NCBI RefSeq assembly: GCF_006345805.1
Contig: NC_043008.1
Span: 10,416,001-10,480,000 of the forward strand
DNA: 64,000 nt
Source of the DNA: Octopus sinensis
Lineage: Eukaryota
Reading direction: 5' to 3'
In this document: in pieces, positions 53,213-64,000 of the stretch
Position numbering within the stretch: position 1 is the stretch's first letter
Layout: every line of letters begins with the position of its first letter
Made by a program: the position numbers and the translations under genes
The notes under the pieces: generated by a model
The model's database searches: none
What the model saw: only the letters and a program-made list of their open reading frames with translations
Told to the model about the DNA's origin: nothing

Positions 53213-53974
53213 AAACATTTCACATGACTTTATTTATTAAAACTTTCGTTGTTGAATGTTTTGTCTTCGAAATGCTGTCATTTATGCAGAAATTGCCAGC
53301 TTTCATATTCAATTTTCTGATCGGGTAAAAATTATCAAAATTTAAACCTCTGTAACATTTTTCTAATGTTTTTTTCTGGAACAAGTGAATAACAGCATCA
53401 GATTCACTGTGAAAAATTACCAAATTTGAAAATTAATATACTAAATTTGATATACCAAATCAATATACAAAATTTGAAAATTCTCACTTAATTTTAAAAT
53501 TTCAAAAAGTGAAGCCAATTTGAAAAGATCACAAACAGCAAGCAACTTGATAAGAGCAGAACTAATTAGAAATTGATATTTAGTTTGGTGGCTTGCAATA
53601 CTTAGTTCAAACTTACATCGAATATCATATTTTATGATGCTTATGTAGCCAACATGGATGAGATTCACATGCAAACACATTGTTTTCTAACATATATTTT
53701 AATATTATGTTTTTCACAATTATATGGATAATGTTGGACTAATTTTCATTATTGAGATACATGCCATCTGGTTGAAATCATGGCAACATCTATGTATGAT
53801 TCTGATAAAAGGAAAGTTGTTTAATTTACATTTACTAAATACTTTCCTGCAAAGGAATTTACAATTAGAGATAACAGTTTTTGTTTCTCTAGCCATGGTA
53901 ATTATTTCTCTTTCATCTAAAAACTTTCTTTTGCTTTCTTCCATTTCTGTTTTCTTTTCTTTCATTTTTTTCAT

Positions 53975-54080
<106 letters not shown>

Positions 54081-57000
54081 ATGCATATAAATTGAGAATT
54101 TGATGGTTGGGTAGTGTTGCCACTAAATTCTAAATTATTCAATCAATAATTATTGCTGACAATTTGAACTAAGATAGTTAGCGATCCATAAGCACCAGGC
54201 TATCATGATATCATGTTATTATAGAAGCAAATTATATTATACTGTCAAAAGACTAGATTACTAAAAATAAACAACTTAGTTGGCCAGCCACTCAGTCACA
54301 TTGCCAACCAGCCAACAACTCAGCCAACACCACCACAAGGCAGCCAGCCAACCAGCTGTTCCGTCAGCCTGTCAGCCAGTCAAGTAAATATTTGTTTGAT
54401 TTGAACCTATACGTGTTATAACACCTTTATAGCATTGTGCACGTTTGTTAAAAAAGTATAGTATTTACAAAAATACAAAACATTTCCATATGAATATACT
54501 TGGAAGTGCAAAATAGATTATAAAACTTTTGAATGATTATATTCAAAAGTATGTGTCTGGTGGATAAATTATTGGTTCCTATTCAGACTGGCTCTTTATC
54601 GGTGCTGCAAATTTTGTTCCACCATGTTTCACTCTGATAGATAACTTAGTGCAGTGATTCTGCTGTGGACACAGAAAACTAATTAGAACCAAGCTGGTAG
54701 CAGGAGTCAAAAGGATTAGGAAAAAAAAAAAAAAACCTTTGTTAAAGAACTGAAAGAACAAGTTTGAAAATTTCAGAAACTGTGTTTTAAAATAGATTTT
54801 TTTAAGTGGTAAGTACAAATATTTATTAGATGTACATTGAAGTTAAATTTTTTTATTTTTTTGTAGAGCTATGCAAATTATTAATTTATATTTAGTTTTA
54901 TGATAAATTAGTTTATTGGTAAATTTTTTTAGTACCTATGTTCTATAAATGGATACATATAAATTTCAGAATAAAATGTTAAACATATCTTGATGAGAAT
55001 ATGTAGTGTAACTTTTCCTTCTAAGACTTCTCATACCAAAATATTATAGCTGTCAAATTGTAGTCATATCATAGACTGTGTATGTATGTATGTATTGTGT
55101 TTTGATTTTAAATTTCTAAGATAAAGGTAGTAAAATATATTTACATTAAGAAGTAACTAAAGCTATACTTCAAAATATACTCGGTAAATGTATTTTAGAA
55201 ACAATATTCCAAAAGTGATGAGTGATTATCAGTATAATTGACAAACAACTTTCTTTGTATGTTTACTATGTAATCAGCTTGGAAGTTACTTTGTACTTAT
55301 GAACACTTTTTAGAATGAAGTTGAATATCTGGCAGATGCGTCTAAAATGATAATTTTGTTGCTGTAAATAATTGTCTTTACTTCAGTTGTAAACTAATTA
55401 AATGATCATAAAGTATTAGTTCTAATTAGAACATTAAGTTTATTAATGATTTCAGATGAAGTTTGAACTACAAATCATCATCATCATCATGTTTAACTTT
55501 TCATATTAGTTTCTGTTATCATTGCTTTAATGATAATTGATGAAAAATAATAAAATATGAAAATGCTTTTTTTTAAAAATGCTTTACATTTTAACATATT
55601 GAACTTTAGTTTTATTTTATTCTACAATATTTAATTGTAGCCTCTTTCTTCAGAAATGTCACTTCTCCCCAACTGAGTTATACTTTGGTATTTGCTATAA
55701 ATTTGATACCTCATTTTCTATCTCAATCTTAAATGTTAGACCCGTCTATATTTTCGTAGATTGGAAAGTTTTGTAAAATTCTTATGATACATGTATTACT
55801 TAACCTTCAAGATATAGTTAGATCATATTTTTTTTCACCTGTCATTGAAACTTTGTATTAAAAACCAACTTTTCTATGTGAATGTAAATTAATCTTTCTT
55901 TTTTCTGCACAAGAATAAATAGGGTTTAATTATTTTTGTTGGATTTTATAGTCTTTTTTTTTTAAAGTTTATTTGAATAAACATCTTTGTAAATTGTCAT
56001 CATCATCATTTTAACATACTTTTTTTATGCTGGAATAAATTAGATGGGACTTTTTGAGGTTATCTTATAACTGGTTTTCTGTTTTGATGTCAACTTTTTA
56101 GTTTTTTCCTATGACATGCAGGGATACAACGAACCAATTTTTAAAAAAAACAAGATACACACAGAAAATTAATTCTTCAAATATATCACTATATTTCACT
56201 GAAAATACTTATACACATTCTCTAAGTGGATTTTTTAAATGTAAATATTGGATGTTATTCTTCCTGCTAGTTAACTATTCATCTGTGAAGCAGGAATAGC
56301 ATATAATTCAGACAAACAGACAGATTAATGTAAAAGGCTTAGCTAATGGTTACAGACTTGTTTAGGCTCCTTGTTCATGTAAGATTGATAGTAAGCTAAA
56401 ATCTCCTCTCCACTCTTTTACTGTACATCAGTAAAAGCTCTTAAATTGCAGGGAATATTTGATAGAAGTTAACAGACATGTGTTCAGCTTCATCTATTAT
56501 TTGAAGATCTAAATATTGTATATTGTATAGAGTGTGTATTCTTTAAAATAATTTCAGAGAACTTTTACTCCTGATGACAAATCTTGCTGAATGAAGTTGT
56601 TTCACAATACCTGTGCTTAAAATTGTGTGATAATTCTTTCTACTGTTGGCACAAGGCCTGAAATTATATCAACTCCAGTGTTCAACTTGTATTTATTTTA
56701 TCAACTCTGAGAGGATGAAAGGCAGAGGCACCCTCAACAGAATTTGAACTCAGAATGTAAAACTGGAAGAAATGCTGTTACACTTTTTGTATGGCATGCT
56801 AATGATCCTGCCAGCCTGCTGCTTTGTGTGATGCATGATAATAAAAAGCAGACAGTAAAAAAAATATATGGATTTGCAAAGATTTTAGAAATGAAATTAC
56901 ATTGATTCCCTTAATGTATAATTGATTACTGGGAAATATACTTATGGTTTCACAAGGAAACTATTTGATAGTGAAATGCAACAGTGTTAGAAACATTCAG

Positions 57001-58299
57001 CAAAAATGTAGACATGCAACTTGATATATGCTATAAAAGTTAGTGAGGAATTTGTTAAGATAGTTACAAAGAAACAACAAAATTTAATTAGTGTCAATTA
57101 ATCCCAGGATCTATTACTTAGGATGGTGTAAGGTCATTTAGTTTTTTTTTTATTTTTAATGATTTTCATTAGCTAAATGTACAAAGGAAAGTATACATGA
57201 AGTTACATTGAGAAATAGTTGATAAACTATTTAGTATTCAGTCTTAGATGTTTAAAGAAGTAAGCAGAAAAGTGCAAAATGTTTATAATTTTTAATGATT
57301 GAGAAATAAGGACCAACATACATGGCACCTTGCTGTACACAAGAAAACCCATCCTCCATAGCAGAAGTGTTAAGTTAAGGCCACACCCCTTGGCAAAGAG
57401 GATTGGACTGCAAGAGTCCTGTGCTGGTGCCACATAAAAAGCACTTGTGCTGGTTTCACATTAAAAGCAACCAGCGCACACTGTAAAGTGGTTGGCATTA
57501 GGAAGGGCATCCAGCTGTAGAAACCAAGCCAAATCAGGCTGTATCCTGGTGCAGCTCCCCAGCTTGCCAGCTCTGGTCAAACCTATTTCTTTACTCAGCT
57601 GGTCAAACCGTCCAACCTATGCCAGTGTGGAAAATGGACATTTAAGGATAATGATGATGAGGATGAATGCATCTTGTGAATAACTGAAAAGTTGACTCAA
57701 ATTTTGGATTTCAAATACAGGAGGCTTAATCTTGTTAATACCTTACTAATTGACAGTACTCTTCCATCAGAGATATACTTAAATTTGAACAAAAAGATCT
57801 AGCATAAAATCGAATAAATACAAATCTGAGATAAATTATGAAAATAAAATGAAATGCTATTACTGAGTTACTATAAATTCAGAATTTTTAATGTCTCATA
57901 TGCATAATTTTTCAGTAAAGAATGAAATTGCAAAATCAGAAAGGTTTTTAACCAATTCTACAGACCCATATTATGCAATCTTTTTTTCCCTAAATTTCCA
58001 TTCTTCTGTAACTTCTCTAATTTTGTGTTCTATCCAATCACTACCTTGTATATTAATTGCTTCAAATTTTACTCACTTATCCTTAGTCTGTAATATAGGA
58101 AATTCTAAGACAATAGAGTGCCAAAATTGGTATACAGACAAAATGTCTTTCTGAGATGGGATTTAATTACATTCTTTTACATTCTAAGTTCAGATCTCAC
58201 TGTGGTCAACTTTGTCTTCCATCTTCCAGGTTTGATAGCATAAGTACTAATCATGTAATGAAGTTGGCTATATACCTCTTCCAAAAGAGTATGTTGAGT

Positions 58300-60880
58300 G
58301 CATGTGTATCTTCGATTATAATTTTAAAAGATATATGTTTTTTATGGACTTCCAGTAATGCATGTGCAATGATACACAGTAATTGACTGGGGTGTTACCT
58401 GCAGCGTACCTACACATATGTGCCCCATTGGCTTTCTTTCCTCTTAACTTTTAAAAAAATGAATATTTTTTAATGAAATTTTCTATTAGGTCATCTAGTA
58501 TGAAATTTGTAGAAAAGAAAAGAAAGTTTGCTAATGTTTGTTTTATAAATACAAGGAATAGTTTTATTCATCAAAGTATGCATCCATATTGTCAGTACAC
58601 TTTTGCGATTTCAGCAGTAGCTTGTCCAGCCTGGAACTGTAAAAGCTTGGCAATCTAGAGTCAATAAAATCTTGGAAGGCCTGTTTTACAGCATCATCGA
58701 AATTAAATTTTTTTCCTATCAAAAAGTTATCCAAATTCTGGAAGAAGTGGTAGTCAGTGCAGGTGAGTATGGTGGATGATAGAGAACTTCCAACTCCAAC
58801 TCCTGTAGTTTCGCCAATGTCATTTTTGCAATGTGTGGTCTGGCATTGTGTTGCAGTAAAATAGGAATGGATCTGTTGACTAATCTAGGTTGTTTTTTGT
58901 AAGCTTCTGCATCATTTGGTCCATGTTTTTTGTAAGCTTCTGCATCATTCGGCCATGATTGATGAGTCTGGTTTAATGAAATCATAAGGGATCACACCTG
59001 CACCAGACCACGAAACACACACCATCAGCTTCTTTTGGTGAATTCTGCTTTTCGGACTGTGTTTTGGTGGCTTGTCTTTGTCCAGTCATTGTGCTGAAGG
59101 TTTATAGTTGTTTATAGTTGGATCCATTTTTCATCACATGTTACAATTCGATTAAAAAATTATTAGTTTTTGTGATGGAAATGTAGCATAATGCAGGCTT
59201 CCAAACGCTGTTTCTGATTTTCATTGAGTTTATGTGGAACCCACTTATCCAACTTTTTCATTTTATCAATTTGAACTAAGTGAGTCAATATTGTTTGCTT
59301 GCTAACACCAAACAACAACAATAATTCATAGGCACTTGGAGGTGGATCTGACTTGACGGTGGCTTTCAGTTCGTCATTATCCACCTTTGCTTCTGGTTGA
59401 CCGTGTTGCTCATTTGTGCGGTCAAAGTTACCAGAACAAAATTTTTCAAACCAATTTGATACTGTCTGCTGTGTAATAACATTAGAATGAAATACTCCAT
59501 TAATATTCCGAGGTGTCTGTGATACTGTATTTCCAAGAAAGAACTCATATTTCAAAACTGTACAAATTTCTGACTTATCCATCTCTAAACAAAAATAACA
59601 AAAAAAAGATTTATAAATACTTTATAAAGTACAAAATGAGTTATAATAAAAAAAAATAGATGTGTCAGCTTTCTAACAAAAAATATTGTAAAAATATAAT
59701 AATGGTGCAAAATAAGCAGCTGTCAAAGTTTACCTCTCTAAAAATTTCATACTTGATGACCTAATACAAATATGTTTCAGATAGTGTAAATTCCAATTAT
59801 AAGGGAATTTGTTGTGAAAAAATTTTCCAAAAAGAATGTGATGTATGTCAGTATATATGTAAGGTATTCCACCAATTTTTATTGGCATGCTAAATTTTGA
59901 AGTAATCATTATCTATATACTCTGAAAAAGTATCTGCTGAAATTTTCATTTCAAAAACCCATTTTCCCTAAGGTTATAAGGAACAAGGCTGATGTGTATG
60001 AAGCTCCTCTCTCCATTCATTCAAAAACATTTTATTCACAACAAATTCTGATATAATCAGAATCTACACCATCTGAAGCATACTTGTGGAAGATTTCATT
60101 AAAAAAAAACAACATTTTTCTTGAAGTTAGGAGGAAATAGTTGGTGGTACACATTTGTGTATGTATATCCACTGCTTTAATATGAGCATCTTTGATTATA
60201 ATTTTAAAAGATACATGTTTATTATGGACTTCTGGTAACACATGATATACAATAACAAGCCACAGTGTGGTGTTCATGATCAGACTGCAGTTTTTGTGTA
60301 ATGTGTAGATTCCAGTAATATAAAAATTTGTTGTGAAAATATTTTTGTGAGGATAATGAGAGGAGTTTCAGAAAATTTACACGAGTTGGTTTTGTTTCCT
60401 CATGCCTTTCAGAAAAATTGATATTTTTTCATGAAGTTTTCTACAAATACCTTTCAGAATGTATGGATTACAATTATTTTGGAATTTAATATGAGAAAGA
60501 ATTTGGTGGGATAGCACTTGTACATATATACATCATGTATATCTACAAAATGAAACTTAGTTTCGAAAAAATTGTGATGTGTGTCATTATGTATGTGTGT
60601 GTGTGCTCACTATTTTTTTCCACATCAAATTCCTATATAATCATAATTTACGCACCCTGAAAGACATTCATAGAAATCTTCATTTAAAAATATCCATTTT
60701 CCCAAGAATTATGAAGAAACAAAGCCAATTTGTGTGAATTTTATGAAACTCCTCTCCTCATTCTCCCCACCAAGAAATTCCAATATAATTGGAATCTACA
60801 TCATTTGAGGCATGTTTGTAGAAAATTTCATTTAAAAATATCTATTTTTCTGGAAGTTACAAGGAAACAGTCAATAAGGC
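58300..60880. repeat. Degenerate mixed direct/inverted repeat array hosting the mariner
   Basis: The unit gaaattttctacaaata...tcaga..gtgtagattcca recurs in both orientations. 58316-58380 resembles 60196-60255; 59935-60110 resembles 60660-60860 and is inverted at 60300-60470. Confidence 0.65.
58486..59764 (-). mobile_element. Full-length defective mariner (cecropia/Hsmar1-like), 1279 bp
   Basis: 28-bp TIRs ttaggtcatc(t/a)agtatgaaattt(g/t)taga, TA TSD on both sides. Transposase fragments with WVPHKL, HNARPH, HPPYSP. Frameshifts and a 33-bp internal duplication near 58890-58955. Confidence 0.93.
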
Positions 60881-61540
60881 ATATTTGTGAATAAGTAATA
60901 CTAAGATTACATTGCTATTATATATCTACATATTGGCTTATTTCAATTCACTTTCATTTAGTATGTAACAAAATTTTATTACATAACTGCATGTTACATA
61001 TAAACAAAGAATATACTTCTTTCATTTTGTTTACATCAAAAGAGTGACAATAATGTGAATGAGATGAACTTAATTTTTCCCTGCACATAAGCATAAATAG
61101 AATAATGGCATTGTGTTTAGTAATGAAAACTAACTATATTGAAAATGCATCGTTGTGTGTGTATCTTTTATCTTTTACTTGTTTCAGTCATTAGATTGTG
61201 GCCATGCTGGTGCACTGCCTTGAATTTTTAGTTGAATGAATTGACCGCAGTACTCCCCTTTTAAACCTGGTACTTATTCTATTGGTCTCTATAGCCAACC
61301 ACTAGGTTACAGGGATGCAAACATACCAACACTGGTTCTCAAGCAGTGGTAGGGGGACAAACACAGACACAATGACATGCACACATAGATACACACACAT
61401 GGCATTTTTTACAGACTTTACAGTGTTCACAGAGCACAGAACAGCAGTCATGATGTTAGCAAGTTGATACCTGGTATGAAACATCTTGATATAAGTAATT
61501 TTTTCCCAATATTCAGATGGCTTCCAGTCCTCTATGTCAG

Positions 61541-61578
<38 letters not shown>

Positions 61579-63604
61579 GCTGTGTGTATATATATATAGG
61601 GAGAATTCACAAAAATAAGATGAAGACAGGTGGTGTAGACAACAAACAGATGTATTAGTATAATGCTTGAGAAGTGAAAAAATCTTTAACGTTTCAAACC
61701 TACACTCTTCCACAAAAAGGAACACAGAAAGAAACAATGCGACAAAATAAAGAAAGTGTAGTGGCTAGCGACCTATATTGGAAAAAAGTTACCTGTATCA
61801 TGATGGTTCTTGCCTGGTATCAAAATGCCAACATCATGACTGCTGGTTAATTCTATGTGATCACTGTAAAGTCTGTAAAACATGACATGGACAGCTGTAA
61901 TGAATGTGTTGTATTGAATGTTTTGTTTTTTTTAATAAATATCAATAACTGTCTTGCAAGTTACTTGGTTACCTTGCCAGTGTTGGTGCCACATAAAAGC
62001 ATTTGGAAGGGCATCTAGCTGTAAAAAAATGTGCCAAAACAGATTTTGTTTGTGCTGGTGCTATGTGAAAAACATCTGCTCCACTCTGTAAAGTAGTTGG
62101 CATTAGGAAGGGTATCCAGCTGTAAATACTATGCCAAACAGACCTTGCTGGTGCCATGTAAAAAGCACCTGGTACACTCTGTAAAGTGGTTGGAGTTATG
62201 AAGGACATCCAGCCGTGAAAAGCATTCCAAAACAGACAATGGGGCTTGGTGCAGTCCTCTTGCTTCTCAGTTCCTGTCAAACCATCCAACCCATACCCGC
62301 ACCCATACCAGCATGGCAGACAAACATTAAATGATGATAATTATTAAAAAATTCCTGACAAAAGAGGGTTTTAACAACCAATATAAATTTAATTACAGGA
62401 TTTCTGGATTATTGTTACATTTTATTTTTGTGATGTTCACATTCATATATTTTGTTTTTATACCTCAGGGTTGAAGAAAACCTTTATTCCACTGTTACCC
62501 TTTTTCTGCATGAATGCACAATTTTGGTCTAAGTTCTGGATGTTTTCCTGTATTATTCAAAATTTTCAGGTGATGCATTTTATGGTTATTGCAATTCATT
62601 TATTGACAGTAATTCAATAAAGCCAGTCACTTCTAAACACAGCTGAGAGAGAAACCCAATAAGTCAATACAGAACTTGTTTGACTGGGGAGTTTAAAAGA
62701 AAATACAATATTTTGTTTATATGAATTCAATATCATTGAGCATCATAGCTTTGGAAATCTATAATTGTTTACCAAACTACTCATGCATGAATTCTAGTTG
62801 CGAGTTAGCTTCAACTACTATTGTTTTAGTATATGTCACATGTTGTGGTTCAGGATTATATAAAAATGATATTTTTTTATGACAATAAATGTAGAAAAGG
62901 TCATCTTTGATCGGGCCAGAACATTATTGCTGTACATCCCTATTATTTGATTAGAACATACAACATGAATAATTCAACAGGAAGTAGGGAATGTTTGTGG
63001 TCATTTGAAACACATAGTGTGTCATTTAAATTAGATGCACACTAATGGATATTACAGTGATCCAAACATATATATTTATTTGCATTTTTTATTAATGTGA
63101 AGTTCACATCAGTAATTTTTAGAAGATCATTAAATAAATATTTTCTGTATTCTTTTACTTGTTTCAGCTATTGAACTGTTGCAGTCTACCTTCAAGGTCT
63201 TTTTCAGTCTATCACATCAAGCCCAGTACTTATCTCGGTCTAGTAGTTATTTCATTGATTTTTATTTATTGAACAGCTTTGTTACCTTTCGGCATAAAGG
63301 GATATAACTCAACAGAACAGCATACACAGATTTCTACACACACCTTGATGTAGAGAACTACATGTCTTCTATTGTATGTGTGTATGTATATAAAAATTAA
63401 TAAATGACAAAAAGGACAAGTTACTTAATTACCTTCATTAGCTTATAGTTGTTTCTGCTATAAGAAGTCATGCACTCAGAGCTAGTGCTCATGCAACGTT
63501 ATATAGCTTCCTTGAAGCCATTATAATAAAGTGTACATTTATTTCTGAAAGCAGTTAAATATATAGAGCTGGTTACATTCAGAACCATGAAATTATATAT
63601 ACCT

Positions 63605-63834
63605 ATTTCTTTATTACCCACAAGGGGCTAAACACAGAGGGGACAAACAAGGACAGACATAGGTATTAAGTCGATTACATTGACACCAGTGCATAACTGG
63701 TACTTAATTTATCGACCCCGAAAGGATGAAAGGCAAAGTCGACCTCGGCGGAATTTGAACTCACAACGTAACGGCAGACAAAATACCGCTAAGCATTTCG
63801 CCTGACGTGCTAACGTTCCTGCCAGCTCACCGCC
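63605..63834 (-). mobile_element. Young SINE, same family as 22521-22750
   Basis: Reverse complement of 22521-22750. Confidence 0.88.
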
Positions 63835-64000
63835 TTATATATATGAAATTATATATACCATTGACATCCTTGTTAGCCTCTGACCCCTCTAACACATCTC
63901 ATTTGCCACTCTGTTTCTCATCCTTACATCACATATCTCTTTTTCTCATTTGTCTATCTAGTGCTCATACTGCTATCACCCACGTCCTTTTCACCCTGCT

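Overview
AT-rich, microsatellite-laden eukaryotic DNA, almost certainly octopus, judging by the cephalopod-type tRNA-derived SINEs. It is mostly intronic or intergenic. Host coding evidence is limited to one well-formed 116-nt exon (52037-52152) and a weak upstream first-exon candidate. The rest is a transposon landscape: RTE, R4/Dong and CR1 LINE relics, several SINE families, a full-length dead mariner with TIRs and TA TSD, a maT (DD37D) relic, a non-autonomous Helitron, MITEs and a 5'-truncated Naiad-type Penelope-like element (PLE). The most striking signal is non-coding. Minimal type-I hammerhead ribozyme (HHR) motifs occur in at least five distinct repeat families, several with non-canonical cores (UUGAUAA, CCGAAGA, CCGAGGA). 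Two families of different age (43.5-44.3 kb and 19.5-20.5 kb) share one architecture: a ~360-nt ORF-less HHR monomer copied more than one full round and inserted as an inverted pair. That is what a circular or tandem RNA template (retrozyme-like) mobilised by a PLE would produce. A third family couples a tRNA-like Pol III promoter, an (AAT)n spacer and an HHR in fold-back insertions. All structures were read by eye; none was computed or searched.
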